Of a stretch of DNA of 64,000 nucleotides, positions 19,201-29,131 are shown piece by piece. The position numbers and the translations under genes were made by a program. Origin of the DNA: Tidjanibacter sp. (GTDB taxonomy: Bacteria; Bacteroidota; Bacteroidia; Bacteroidales; Rikenellaceae); NCBI GenBank assembly GCA_045639285.1, contig JAZUCV010000020.1:3936-67935 (forward strand). Reading direction: 5' to 3'. The notes under the pieces are model-generated. The model was not told where the DNA came from and ran no database searches. It saw only the letters and a program-made list of their open reading frames with translations. The first letter of the stretch is position 1. Each line of letters starts with the position of its first letter.

Positions 19201-19381
19201 GGCACTTGCGCTTATCCCTCTGGCTATGGGTGGCGATGTTCCGGGCAATGAGATTCAGAGTCCTATGGCACAGGTGATTCTGGGAGGTCTTATCAGTTCG
19301 ACCCTGCTCAACGGCTTTGTAATCCCCGCAATGTATCTGTTGTTGAATCGTAAAGAAGAGAGTAAGTTATGCGAAGAGTAA
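16271..19381 (+). CDS. CusA/CzcA heavy-metal RND efflux permease
   Basis: 1036 aa. VDVFPDL, SLGGMAIAIGSLVDDAIIDVEN and RLNPILMT motifs. Confidence 0.93.
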   Translation: MLNKIIRFSLDNRLMVTVVSLIIAAAGVLFTARMEVDVFPDLTAPTVVVMTEAGGMATEEVEKLVTFPIETALNGATDVRRVRSQSSMGFSVVWVEFDWGTNIYTARQIVSERLATVGEDLPPSVGQPVLGPQSSIMGEIYIIGLTSGEQTSMQDLRTLADWTIRPRLLSLGGVAQVSVIGGDEKEYQIIASPRKMMIYDVSLHEILEASRGMNLNTSGGSLYRYGNEFLIRGKVATTNTEEIARGVVKMAPDGTPITIGDVAEVRIGNHEPKIGTASVETEPSVLITVTKQPNTNTLELTELLDSTMADLSNTLPEDIRVKTDIFRQARFIENSIQNVSKALLEGAIFVIIILFIFLMNARVTAVSLVALPLSLLVAIVVLKLFGLTINTMSLGGMAIAIGSLVDDAIIDVENVYKRLRENHALPKEERKPTLEVVFEGSKEIRSSIVSATLITIIAFTPLFFLSGMEGRMLRPLGISFIVSLFASLVVAMTLTPVMCSATLTSERALKKGDKESPVALWLKRIYKRALEWAMRHKRAVIYTMAGLFAGALVLFTTFGSSFLPPFNEGSLTINTSLMPGVSLEESDKAGRMVEEILLSIPEIETVARKTGRAHLDEHALGVNACELEAPFTLTDRSRDEFLADVRARLGELKGVNVEIGQPISHRIDAMLSGTKANIAIKLFGEDLNLMFQLAEQIKNEISDTEGITDLIVEQQIERSELHITPRRDMLARHGITMPEFAEFVEASLSGDHVDKVYEGNRSFDLTVKVDGSDKASTEDIGNLLIRGMNGTWVPLAEVAEITSTSGPNSVSRENVKRKVVVSANVVGGDLGGAVESIREQIEEHIALPEDYYVEYGGQFESQQNASRVLMLASIAALIIIFILLVQEFRKVRLASMVLLNLPLAMIGGVASIGLTSGVVSIPSIIGFISLLGIAVRNGILLVSHYEQLCKEGRTLYDSVIHGSLDRLNPILMTSLTSALALIPLAMGGDVPGNEIQSPMAQVILGGLISSTLLNGFVIPAMYLLLNRKEESKLCEE

Positions 19382-20541
19382 TTCTCACCATATCTGCACT
19401 TATTGTCGCAGCGACAGCAAGTGCACAGACCCCTATGACCGACTTCTTGAAGTTGGTAGAGGAGAACAACCCCACCCTCCAGGCAGCAAGTGAGGCAGCA
19501 AGTGCCGAGGAGTATGCCGCCACAGCAAACAACAACCTATCAGACCCTCAGCTGGGCTTTGAGTATGGTTGGAATGTACCATCGGAGAGTGGCAGTGAAA
19601 CAGGCCTCTCGGTAAGTCAGGAGTTCGATTTCCCCACCGCCTACATCAATCGTAGCCGTGTGGCCCAGAGCCGTACCGCTGCCGCTTGGGACAACTACGC
19701 CGCACTGCGCTCGGAGATACTCTTGGAGGCTCAGATAGCCTATATGGAGTATGTTGCCATCCAGCAGACCCTCTCTCTGAAAGAGGAGCGTGCAGAGCAC
19801 TCGGAGCGTGCAGCAGAGATTTTTGCTCAGATGGCCAAGAGTGGCGAAGTGTCGCTCCCCGACCTGAGCAAGGCACGCCATGCTGCGATATCGGCCCGTG
19901 AAGCGGCAGTTATGACCTCGCTCGAACTTGCAGATAAGGGGGCGTCGCTCCGCACCTTCACCGGTGGCCAGAGCGTAACTCCTACCGACTACATAGCAAG
20001 CCCCGTAAAGAGTCTGGACGAGATGACAGCCATCTATCTGGCGGAGGAGCCAACTCTGCAAGCGGCAAAGTCGCGCCTCGGAGCAGCAAGTGCCGAGTTG
20101 AAGGTTGAGAAGAGTATGGCACTGCCCAAGTTCTCGGTGGGCTACACCACCAAGCAGGCGAGCGGTGGAGCAAAGGTAAATGCAATCTCGTCAGGCATTT
20201 CGATTCCCATCTTCTCCTCGCGCGCAACAGTCAAGCGTGCTGCAGCCGAGGAGCGTGCCGCATCGGCAGAGCTGAGAGCTGTGGAGGTGGAGGTAATCAC
20301 TGAGCTTGAAGCCCTCTATGAACAGTTGGATATCATAAACGCAAGCCTCGGCTCACTTGAAAAGATGTTTGGCGACGACAACTATCCCGCTATGCTGGGT
20401 CGTCTGTTGCAGAGAGGCGAGATTGGGGCTGTGGAGTACTTCTCGGAGCTCGGCTCTTACTACGATGCCCAAGAGTCTATCTTGCGCCTACAACTCGAGT
20501 ACGACAAGATTACATCTGAGATAAATATGATCTATTTATAG
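19369..20541 (+). CDS. TolC-family outer-membrane efflux protein
   Basis: Signal peptide, ENNPTLQAA, SQEFDFP and ISIPIF. Overlaps the permease stop codon. Confidence 0.85.
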   Translation: MRRVILTISALIVAATASAQTPMTDFLKLVEENNPTLQAASEAASAEEYAATANNNLSDPQLGFEYGWNVPSESGSETGLSVSQEFDFPTAYINRSRVAQSRTAAAWDNYAALRSEILLEAQIAYMEYVAIQQTLSLKEERAEHSERAAEIFAQMAKSGEVSLPDLSKARHAAISAREAAVMTSLELADKGASLRTFTGGQSVTPTDYIASPVKSLDEMTAIYLAEEPTLQAAKSRLGAASAELKVEKSMALPKFSVGYTTKQASGGAKVNAISSGISIPIFSSRATVKRAAAEERAASAELRAVEVEVITELEALYEQLDIINASLGSLEKMFGDDNYPAMLGRLLQRGEIGAVEYFSELGSYYDAQESILRLQLEYDKITSEINMIYL

Positions 20542-20553
20542 TCATCATAAACC

Positions 20554-20596
20554 AAACAGATATAGGGAACCACGTGTGGTTCCCTATATCTGTTTT
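20554..20596. terminator. Bidirectional terminator
   Basis: AAACAGATATAGGGAACCAC-GT-GTGGTTCCCTATATCTGTTT. Confidence 0.85.
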
Positions 20597-20614
20597 ATAC
20601 TATCTGTCAATCAA

Positions 20615-22051
20615 TTACAACTTTTCGAGCAGTGCAGTGAGCAGTCGCCAGAACTTATCAACCGATGCTATTTCCAGACGCTCGTCAGGCGAGTGAACAC
20701 CGCGCAAAGTGGGGCCGAACGAAACCATATCCAACTGAGGATACTTCTCCAAGAAGAGGCCACACTCCAAACCCGCGTGGATTGCTCTAACCTTAGGCTC
20801 GGTAGCAAACAACTCCTTATAGCACTCAACGGTAGCAGCCACAAGTGCACTATCGGGATTAGGCTCCCAGCCGGGATAGCCCTCGCCGTGCTTAACCTCG
20901 CCACCTGCAAGGGTAAAGACTGCACCGACACTCTGAGCAGCCGCCCACTTGGCACTCTCCACCGAGGATCGCTGCGAGAGAGTAACGACAATCTCACCCT
21001 CGGAGGGCATCTTAATCGAAGCCAAGTTTGTCGAAGTCTCCACCAAGCCGGGCATTGTGCGGCTCATCTCCAACACACCATTGGGACAACCAAGAATCGA
21101 GAGAACTATTCTATTCATAACCTCAGCGTCAACCACCTTTTCGGGTGCCTCAGCGGGCGCAAACGAGTAGCAGAAGTCGGGGTCGGTGTGGCGCAACTCC
21201 GCCTTGCACATATCAGCCACAAGGCACATCTGTACCATCAGCGACTCCTCAGGCAGACCAATCAGAGCTGTCGCCTCGCGGGGAATAGCATTACGAAGAT
21301 TACCGCCATCAATCTGAGCCACAACAAGTTTCGGACCAGCCGCCTTCAACATACGAGCCATAATCTTATTGGAGTTACCCAACCCGTCATCAATATTATC
21401 GCCCGAGTGTCCTCCCTTCAAGCCACCAATATTGACTCTGTACCACAGATAGTCCGCCGGTGCAGGTTTAGGCTCATAGCGGAAACGGACAACGGTATCC
21501 ACACCGCCCGCGCAACCGATAAAGAGTTCACCCTCATCCTCCGAGTCGAGGTTAATCAGATAGTTACCGCCAAGCATATCATCTGCCAGCCCGAAAGCAC
21601 CCGTAAGACCCGTCTCTTCGTCAACGGTAAAGAGTGCCTCAATCGCAGGATGGCGGAGCGTATCGTCAAGAAGCACAGCCAATTGTGCCGCCATACCGAT
21701 ACCACAGTCAGCACCGAGAGTTGTACCCTCTGCCTTCACCCAACCCTCCTCGATACGGGTACGGATAGGCTCGGAGAGGAAGTCGAAATCTACTGCCGAA
21801 TTCTTCTCGCAGACCATATCCATATGACTCTGCATAACCACCGTCGGATGGTTCTCATAGCCCTCGGTTGCGGGTTTACGGATAACGATATTTCCCGTCG
21901 CGTCCTCCTTCCACTCAAAGGCGTGCGAAGTAGCAAAATCACGCAGCCAAGCGCGAATCTGCTCCTCGTGTTTCGAGGGTCGTGGTACTCGGGTAATCTG
22001 GTCGAACATCTCCCAAATGAGAGATGGTGTAAGTGTAGTCAAATCAGCCAT
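20615..22051 (-). CDS. pepD: Aminoacyl-histidine dipeptidase (M20C)
   Basis: PRPSKHE, QSHMDMV, TTLGADCGIG, DEETG, NLDSED and HAGLECG. Confidence 0.93.
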   Translation of the reverse strand: MADLTTLTPSLIWEMFDQITRVPRPSKHEEQIRAWLRDFATSHAFEWKEDATGNIVIRKPATEGYENHPTVVMQSHMDMVCEKNSAVDFDFLSEPIRTRIEEGWVKAEGTTLGADCGIGMAAQLAVLLDDTLRHPAIEALFTVDEETGLTGAFGLADDMLGGNYLINLDSEDEGELFIGCAGGVDTVVRFRYEPKPAPADYLWYRVNIGGLKGGHSGDNIDDGLGNSNKIMARMLKAAGPKLVVAQIDGGNLRNAIPREATALIGLPEESLMVQMCLVADMCKAELRHTDPDFCYSFAPAEAPEKVVDAEVMNRIVLSILGCPNGVLEMSRTMPGLVETSTNLASIKMPSEGEIVVTLSQRSSVESAKWAAAQSVGAVFTLAGGEVKHGEGYPGWEPNPDSALVAATVECYKELFATEPKVRAIHAGLECGLFLEKYPQLDMVSFGPTLRGVHSPDERLEIASVDKFWRLLTALLEKL

Positions 22052-22168
22052 TTTCACAATGTTGTTAATTAATTTTTCGTAAAAATAATAAAAAGTGCTC
22101 TTTCGGTCAACTCTTTTTCTTATTTTTGTGCTCCGAAAACAATTTTACTCACAAATAAGCGAATCAAA

Positions 22169-22657
22169 ATGTCTCCTTTCAGAGTTGGTCATGGCTACGA
22201 TGTTCACGTGCTACAAGAGGGTTTGCGCCTGCGTATTGGCGGAGTGGATATCCCTCATACTCACGGTTTTGTGGCACACTCAGATGGTGATGTCCTGATT
22301 CACGCCCTGTGCGATGCACTGCTCGGTGCCGCAGTTCTGGGCGATATCGGCCTGCACTTCCCAGATACTGCCGGTGAGTGGAAGGGTATTGACAGCAGAA
22401 TCCTGCTCCGCAAGGTAGTCTCCCTGCTCGCAGAGAGGGGCTTTGAGATAGGAAATGTTGATTGTACGGTGATTGCTCAGGCGCCCAAACTCCGCCCACA
22501 CATTGACACAATGCGTGCCACACTTGCCGAAGATATGGGGATTGAGGTAGATGCTGTTTCGGTAAAGGCCACCACAACCGAGAAACTTGGCTTCGCAGGT
22601 CGAAAAGAGGGTATCGCAGCAGAGGCAGTGGTGCTCATCTGCAAAGTGAGCAAGTAG
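22169..22657 (+). CDS. ispF: 2-C-methyl-D-erythritol 2,4-cyclodiphosphate synthase
   Basis: [15 protein letters not shown] and KATTTEKLG. Confidence 0.97.
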   Translation: MSPFRVGHGYDVHVLQEGLRLRIGGVDIPHTHGFVAHSDGDVLIHALCDALLGAAVLGDIGLHFPDTAGEWKGIDSRILLRKVVSLLAERGFEIGNVDCTVIAQAPKLRPHIDTMRATLAEDMGIEVDAVSVKATTTEKLGFAGRKEGIAAEAVVLICKVSK

Positions 22658-22785
22658 TTGAATTTCGAACAGATAGAGAATCAGCAAAAGATATTTACAT
22701 TTTGCATCATTTTTTTTAGGAGTTCCGATAGCGAAAAATCGGAACTTTTTTCGTACCTTTACAAAGTATTTTATACTTTGTAAAA

Positions 22786-23709
22786 ATGGCTCAACCATAC
22801 CACATACCCGCACTTGCAGCAGAGTGCATCGAAGGGCTTGAGATAAAGCCCGATGGTCGCTATGCCGACCTCACTTTTGGCGGTGGCGGACACTCGCGCC
22901 TCATCCTCTCCGCTCTGGGCGAGGAGGGCAGACTCTATGCCTTCGACCAAGATGCCGATGCCAAGGCCGGCATCCCCGATGACGACAGACTGATTTTTAT
23001 TGAGAGCAATTTCAAGCATCTGCGCTCGCAGTTGCGACTGAGGGGAGTGGGCAACAATCCCGAGGAGGATGGTCTGGATGGCATACTCGCCGACCTCGGC
23101 GTGTCGTTTCACCACTTCGACACCCCCGAGCGAGGCTTCTCGTTCCGTTTCAGTGGCGCACTCGATATGCGTATGAACGCCCGCGGAGAGTTCTCGGCCA
23201 CCGACCTTGTCAACACCTACTCGGCAGAGCAGTTGGCAGATATTTTCAAGCAATATGGAGAGTTGGAGACGACCTACAAGATTGCTTCGTGCATTGTCCG
23301 CGCAAGAGAGCAGGCGCCAATCACCACCACCGAGGGGTTGATTGCAGCTGTGGAGCCGTGTACCCCGAAAAAGGATGCAAACAAGTTCCTCACCAAGCTC
23401 TTTCAGGCCCTGCGCATTGAGGTAAATGGAGAGATGGAGGCACTGAAAATGGCACTCGAACAGAGTCTGAAGGTATTGCGCCCAGGTGGAGTATTAGCCG
23501 TTATCTCCTACCACTCACTCGAAGACCGTTTGGTAAAGAACTTTTTCCGTTCGGGCAATTTCTCGGGGGCCATTGAGAAGGACTTCTACGGCAGAGCAAA
23601 CACCCCGTGGGAGCAGGTAACCCGCAAGGCGATTGCTCCCTCGGCCGAGGAGGTGGAGCGCAACCCCCGCTCACGAAGCGCAAAACTGCGAATTGCACGT
23701 AAACTTTAG
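22786..23709 (+). CDS. rsmH: 16S rRNA m4C1402 methyltransferase
   Basis: DLTFGGGGHS, LDMRM, FQALRIEVN, SYHSLEDR and NPRSRSAKLR. Confidence 0.97.
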   Translation: MAQPYHIPALAAECIEGLEIKPDGRYADLTFGGGGHSRLILSALGEEGRLYAFDQDADAKAGIPDDDRLIFIESNFKHLRSQLRLRGVGNNPEEDGLDGILADLGVSFHHFDTPERGFSFRFSGALDMRMNARGEFSATDLVNTYSAEQLADIFKQYGELETTYKIASCIVRAREQAPITTTEGLIAAVEPCTPKKDANKFLTKLFQALRIEVNGEMEALKMALEQSLKVLRPGGVLAVISYHSLEDRLVKNFFRSGNFSGAIEKDFYGRANTPWEQVTRKAIAPSAEEVERNPRSRSAKLRIARKL

Positions 23710-23723
23710 GAGAGTGAAAAGAG

Positions 23724-24176
23724 ATGCAGGACGATAGAATAGATTACATCAACCCCGCTCCGGAGGAGGCAGATAGCGAGAACACTCCTCAGACGAAGAA
23801 GGGTAAAAAGGGCAAAAAATCGTTGCCGGGCAAGATTATCACCGGTGAGATTTTCGAGGAGAACAAAGTGAGGAGCCACTACCCCTTTGCTCTCTATTGC
23901 TGTGTACTGATTGTAGCCTACATCGCCTATGTATTTCACTACCAACATCTGCAACGAACAGAAATTGGCGTAAAGATAGAGTTACAGGAGGAGCGTTCGC
24001 GCGCGATGGTATTCTCGTCAATGCGTATGAACGTTTCGCGCCACAGCAATATCATCAGCGAGATTGAGAGCAGAGGGCTGAACCTCATCGAATCCTCCAC
24101 CCCGCCCAAGATTATCGATATTGCGCCACAAACGGCAACGGCAACCACAACACTGAAAACACAGAGCAATGAGTAA
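23724..24176 (+). CDS. ftsL: FtsL-like cell division protein
   Basis: Single TM segment plus coiled coil, located between rsmH and ftsI. Confidence 0.7.
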   Translation: MQDDRIDYINPAPEEADSENTPQTKKGKKGKKSLPGKIITGEIFEENKVRSHYPFALYCCVLIVAYIAYVFHYQHLQRTEIGVKIELQEERSRAMVFSSMRMNVSRHSNIISEIESRGLNLIESSTPPKIIDIAPQTATATTTLKTQSNE

Positions 24177-26391
24177 GCGTAAGATAAAAGCTGCAGACCC
24201 AAACCCTCAGCACATCAAGCAGAGTATTCTGACACGTGTTGGGTGGCTCTATGTGATCTATTTTATACTTGGTCTGGGTATTACCGTTCAGATTGCTGCC
24301 ACTCAGTATGGCCCCAACGGTGTGCCTTTGAGCAACCTCTCAGAGAGTAAATGTTTCAAAATCAAGCCCATCGAGTCGTTGCGTGGCAATATCCTGGCAC
24401 ACGACGGCAAGATACTTGCCACCGACGCCCCATTCTACAACATCCGACTGGACTGGGCTATACGCGACCGCAAAGGCAACTTTATCCTCAACGATTCAAT
24501 CTTCGAGGCAAACCTCTTCCCGCTTGCCGATAGTCTGTCGGCACTCTTTGGAGAGTCGCGTGCCTACTATGTAAACAAGTTGCGAGATATCCGCAATCGC
24601 GCAAGAGGTTCGGGAAGTGGCCGTCGAAATATTGAGTTGGCGGGCAAGGTCAATCAGATTGAGCTCGACAGAATCAAGCAATTCCCCCTGCTCAACGAGG
24701 AGGCGGGAGGTCTGAAATCGGAGAAAGACACCCTGCGCTATAAGCCCTTCGGCACCCTTGCAGGCTACACACTCGGCACTCCCGGGTCGCACGGCTTGGA
24801 GTACTACTACAACGAAGCGCTCAGCGGTGTAGATGGTCAGAACCTCACGGTGAGACTTGTGGGTAACACCTGGATTCCCGTGCTCGACACACTCAACCGC
24901 GAGGCACAAAACGGCCACGATGTGGTGACTACGATAGATATTGATTTGCAAGACGTCGCCGAGACAGCCCTCCGCAGGCAGCTGAGCGACAATCAGGCGA
25001 TGTGGGGTACGGCAGTGGTTATGGAGGTAGCGACGGGCGAGATTCGCGCTATGGCAAACCTCACCCACAACAGCGACGGCTCGATTACCGACAACTACAA
25101 CTACGCCATCCTCTCGCGCAACGAGCCAGGCTCGACCTTTAAGCTGGTAAGCCTTATAGCGATGTTGGAGCAGGGCGGTATGAAGATTACCGATATGGTC
25201 GATTGCGACTCGGACGGCCGCGCAACGGTCTATAAATCGTTTATTGAGGACTCGCACGCAGTGGGTAAAGTGACAGTCAAGGAGATGATGGAGCAATCGT
25301 CGAACATCGGCTTTGCGCGATGCATCGAGGATATATATCGCGAAAACCAGACCCGATTCACCGACTTTATCGACTCGCTCGGTATCAATCGCAGAGCAAG
25401 TATTCAGCAATTTGAGGGTTATATGCCAACCATCAAAGATCCGCGCCTTGGGCATCGCAACGACTGGAACGATATGACATTGACAAAGATGGCGTATGGT
25501 TATGCTCTGGAACTCAGCCCGATGCATACGCTTATGCTCTACAACGCAGTCGCTTCGGGTGGCAAGCTACTGGCACCCATCATCGTCAAGGAACTCCGCA
25601 ACGGCAACGAGGTGGTTGAGAAATATGAGCCGAATGTGATAAATCCGCAGATCTGCTCCCCCGCAACACTTGCAGCAGTCAGGGAGTGTTTGGAGGGTGT
25701 TGTTGAGAACGGTACAGCAACACTGCTCAAGAACGAAAACTACCGAGTAGCGGGAAAGACAGGTACGGCACAGATGGTACAGGCTACAGGCGGCTACACA
25801 GCCAAGGATGGAGGTCGCGACTACCTGGGAACGCTGGTGGGCTACTTCCCTGCCGAAGCACCCAAATACACCTGCATCGTGGCAATCAAGACTCACCACG
25901 CACCCGGCTCGCGAAACACCTACTATGGCGGTACATTGGCCGGCCCCGTATTCAAGGCCATCACCGACCGCATCTACGCACTCGACAACGAGTGGCGCGA
26001 GAGAGTGACACCCACCGCCGGCAGTGGCAACGAGGTGGTTGTGAAGCTTGGCGTAGAGGAGCAGGTATCACTCGCCGAACAGAGGTTAGGTGTCAGCCAA
26101 AAGCCCTACACTCCGCAGGTGGTAGAGTCAAAGCAGGTGATTGACACAATGGAGCTCTACGAGAAGGATTGGAAGGTTATGCCCTCGGTGATGGGTATGG
26201 GTCTTAGGGATGCGATTTACACTCTCGAGCGTAGCGGGCTTAGCGTAGAGTTCGAGGGCATAGGCGAGGTAACCGAACAGACTCCTCTGCCCGATGAACT
26301 ATACCTGAGTGGCGACAAGGCGACAATCCGTTTGGCACCTCGCCCCACCCCACTCCCCGAAGAGAGTAAGAAAAGAATTAGCAAAATATAG
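24169..26391 (+). CDS. ftsI: Class B penicillin-binding protein with PASTA domain
   Basis: EPGSTFK, SSN and GKTGTAQ motifs; C-terminal MPSVMGMGLRDA PASTA domain. Confidence 0.92.
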   Translation: MSKRKIKAADPNPQHIKQSILTRVGWLYVIYFILGLGITVQIAATQYGPNGVPLSNLSESKCFKIKPIESLRGNILAHDGKILATDAPFYNIRLDWAIRDRKGNFILNDSIFEANLFPLADSLSALFGESRAYYVNKLRDIRNRARGSGSGRRNIELAGKVNQIELDRIKQFPLLNEEAGGLKSEKDTLRYKPFGTLAGYTLGTPGSHGLEYYYNEALSGVDGQNLTVRLVGNTWIPVLDTLNREAQNGHDVVTTIDIDLQDVAETALRRQLSDNQAMWGTAVVMEVATGEIRAMANLTHNSDGSITDNYNYAILSRNEPGSTFKLVSLIAMLEQGGMKITDMVDCDSDGRATVYKSFIEDSHAVGKVTVKEMMEQSSNIGFARCIEDIYRENQTRFTDFIDSLGINRRASIQQFEGYMPTIKDPRLGHRNDWNDMTLTKMAYGYALELSPMHTLMLYNAVASGGKLLAPIIVKELRNGNEVVEKYEPNVINPQICSPATLAAVRECLEGVVENGTATLLKNENYRVAGKTGTAQMVQATGGYTAKDGGRDYLGTLVGYFPAEAPKYTCIVAIKTHHAPGSRNTYYGGTLAGPVFKAITDRIYALDNEWRERVTPTAGSGNEVVVKLGVEEQVSLAEQRLGVSQKPYTPQVVESKQVIDTMELYEKDWKVMPSVMGMGLRDAIYTLERSGLSVEFEGIGEVTEQTPLPDELYLSGDKATIRLAPRPTPLPEESKKRISKI

Positions 26392-26398
26392 AAAAAAA

Positions 26399-27856
26399 AT
26401 GAAGTTAAACGATATACTCAGAGGGATAGAGTACACATCGCTTATTGGCAATAGCGAGGCGGATGTCCGCTCTATCTGTTTTGACTCGCGCAAGGCGGAG
26501 GCAGGCTCACTCTATGTAGCCCGTCGTGGTACGGTGAGCGACGGCCACGCCTATATTCCCGATGTTGTGGTGCGTGGGGCTGTGGCGGTCATTTGCGAAG
26601 AGTTGCCCGAGAGCCCTGCCGAGGGTGTTGCTTGGGTGGTTGTTGCCTCGGCGGACCTTGCTCTGGGCTTGGCTGCCTCCAATTTCTACGACAACCCAAG
26701 TCATAAGCTACACCTTGTCGGAGTGACAGGCACCAATGGCAAGACAACAATTGCCACACTGCTATACAACCTCTTTGAGGGGTTAGGCTATAAGTCGGGA
26801 CTTATCTCGACCGTAATCTACCGTCTGCACAATGTGAGCGAGCCCTCAACACACACCACCCCCGATCCTCTCACCCTCAACCGCCTTTTGGCAGAGATGG
26901 TGGAGATGGGTTGCGTCTACTGCTTTATGGAGGTAAGCAGTCACAGCATAGTGCAGGAGCGCATTGCAGGACTACGCTACGAGGTGGCGGCATTTACCAA
27001 TATCACACACGACCATCTGGACTACCACAAGACCTTCGCCGAGTATATCAAGGCAAAGAAGCGTCTTTTCGACCAACTCCCCGCATCATCTGTGGCTGTC
27101 GTGAATGGCGACGACCGCAATGGTGAGGTTATGCTCCAGAACTGCAAGGCACGCCACACCTATTTCTCCACACGCGGCGTGGGCGACCACAACTGCAAGG
27201 TGCTGGAGATGGGTTTGGAAGGTATGTTGCTCGAGGTGGACGGTCGTCAACTATGGGTAAGGCTTATCGGCAAATTCAACGCTTCGAACATCCTGGCGGT
27301 CTATGCTATTGCCTCGGCTCTGGGCATAGACAAGGAGGAGTTGCTGGTGGGGCTGAGCAAGCTGCAGAGCGTGAAGGGTCGATTTGAGCAGATATCGGGC
27401 GGCGGAGTGACAGCCATTGTTGACTATGCACACACACCCGATGCACTCGACAAGGTGCTCGACACGATTATCGAGATGGAGCCTTGTGGCAGGATTATCA
27501 CCGTGGTTGGTTGTGGTGGCGAACGCGACCGCACCAAACGCCCCGAGATGGCAGAGATAGCGGTTGAGAAGTCGCAATTGGCAATCTTCACCTCGGACAA
27601 CCCTCGCTCGGAGGAGCCGAGTGCGATTATTGATGAGATGGTGGCAGGAGTGGGAGGCAAGAACAACTACCTCTGCATAGCAGACCGAGCACAGGCAATC
27701 CGTGCGGCAGTGATGACAGCCACAGCGGGCGATGTAATCTTGGTTGCGGGCAAGGGGCACGAGGATTATCAGATAATCGGCGCAACAAAACACCCCTTCT
27801 CAGACCAGGCACATTTGGTTGACTATTTAACACAGAAAGAGAATAATAACAAATAG
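26399..27856 (+). CDS. murE: UDP-MurNAc-L-Ala-D-Glu--meso-DAP ligase
   Basis: GVTGTNGKTT, MEVSSH, DHLDYH, DYAHTPD, DNPR and AGKGHE. Start at MKLNDIL. Confidence 0.96.
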   Translation: MKLNDILRGIEYTSLIGNSEADVRSICFDSRKAEAGSLYVARRGTVSDGHAYIPDVVVRGAVAVICEELPESPAEGVAWVVVASADLALGLAASNFYDNPSHKLHLVGVTGTNGKTTIATLLYNLFEGLGYKSGLISTVIYRLHNVSEPSTHTTPDPLTLNRLLAEMVEMGCVYCFMEVSSHSIVQERIAGLRYEVAAFTNITHDHLDYHKTFAEYIKAKKRLFDQLPASSVAVVNGDDRNGEVMLQNCKARHTYFSTRGVGDHNCKVLEMGLEGMLLEVDGRQLWVRLIGKFNASNILAVYAIASALGIDKEELLVGLSKLQSVKGRFEQISGGGVTAIVDYAHTPDALDKVLDTIIEMEPCGRIITVVGCGGERDRTKRPEMAEIAVEKSQLAIFTSDNPRSEEPSAIIDEMVAGVGGKNNYLCIADRAQAIRAAVMTATAGDVILVAGKGHEDYQIIGATKHPFSDQAHLVDYLTQKENNNK

Positions 27857-27862
27857 AAGAAG

Positions 27863-29107
27863 ATGTTAAAGGCATTAGTAGAATACTTAGGAAGATTTGC
27901 AGACATCCCCGGTGCGGGTATGTTCGAGTATCTGTCGTTCCGTTCGGCAGGTGCTATCATCCTTGCACTGATTTTGGGTATGATATTCGGTGGTAAGGTT
28001 ATCAAGTGGTTGAAGAATAAGCAGATTGGCGAGGATATTCGCGAACTCGGCCTTGAGGGTCAGAGCGAGAAGAAGGGAACCCCCACTATGGGCGGTATCA
28101 TCATCCTCGGCTCGGTGCTGATTCCCGTATTGTTGCTTTGCGATTTGGGCAACATCTATGTAAAGCTGATGATTATCTCGACCGTATGGCTCGGTATTCT
28201 TGGCTTTGCCGATGACTACATCAAGGTTTTCCGCAAACACAAAGAGGGCTTGCAGGGCAAGTTCAAGGTTATCGGTCAGGTTGGCCTGGGTATCATTGTC
28301 GGTACTATTATGTGTTTCAGCGAGCAGGTGGTGGTAGTCGATAAGAACAACCCCGAGAATGTTGCAACCGAGGTGGTAATCTCCGAAGATGGCTCCCACG
28401 ATTTGCAGACAGTGGCTATCGGCGAGCGCACCACAAAGACCACCATCCCCTTTGTGAAGAACAATGAGTTTGACTACCATTGGCTGATTCCCTCGGATAC
28501 CAAAGCGGGAGATATAGCAACCTGGGCACTCTATATTCTGGTGGCGATATTTATCATCACGGCGGTATCTAACAGTGCCAATTTGACGGACGGCATTGAC
28601 GGCCTTGCCACAGGAGTCTCGGCAATTATTATTGTTGTACTCGGTGTGCTGGCCTATCTTTCGGGACACAGCATATATGCCGACTACCTCAACATTATGT
28701 ATATCCCCGGCTCGGGCGAGCTGACAGTATTTGCTGCCGCTATGGTTGGTGCGCTGATTGGTTTCCTTTGGTATAACTGCTACCCTGCTCAGGTATTTAT
28801 GGGCGATACGGGCAGCCTTGCCATTGGAGGTATCATTGCGGTCTTTGCGCTCCTGATTCGCAAAGAGTTGCTTCTGCCCATATTGTGCGGTGTCTTCCTC
28901 GTTGAGAGTTTCTCGGTAATCCTGCAGGTAACAAACTTCAAACGCACCAAGAAGAAGTATGGTGAGGGTCGTCGAATCTTCCTGATGACACCCATCCACC
29001 ACCACTACCAGAAGAAGGGTTTCCCCGAGACAAAGATTGTTGTACGTTTTTGGATTATTCAGATTCTGCTGGCTGCCTTCACTCTGGCAACTCTCAAGAT
29101 TCGATAA
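27863..29107 (+). CDS. mraY: Phospho-N-acetylmuramoyl-pentapeptide transferase
   Basis: [31 protein letters not shown] and PIHHH. Confidence 0.97.
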   Translation: MLKALVEYLGRFADIPGAGMFEYLSFRSAGAIILALILGMIFGGKVIKWLKNKQIGEDIRELGLEGQSEKKGTPTMGGIIILGSVLIPVLLLCDLGNIYVKLMIISTVWLGILGFADDYIKVFRKHKEGLQGKFKVIGQVGLGIIVGTIMCFSEQVVVVDKNNPENVATEVVISEDGSHDLQTVAIGERTTKTTIPFVKNNEFDYHWLIPSDTKAGDIATWALYILVAIFIITAVSNSANLTDGIDGLATGVSAIIIVVLGVLAYLSGHSIYADYLNIMYIPGSGELTVFAAAMVGALIGFLWYNCYPAQVFMGDTGSLAIGGIIAVFALLIRKELLLPILCGVFLVESFSVILQVTNFKRTKKKYGEGRRIFLMTPIHHHYQKKGFPETKIVVRFWIIQILLAAFTLATLKIR

Positions 29108-29131
29108 CTCCAACCATATAAAGGTAAAGAT

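Noticed and set aside
26309-26398. Upstream-extended starts in the ORF track (also 1249, 14802, 34184, 43761, 56129, 63763)
   Set aside because: They overlap neighbouring genes, promoters or spacers. Downstream ATGs with A-rich leaders give proper signal peptides or family N-termini.
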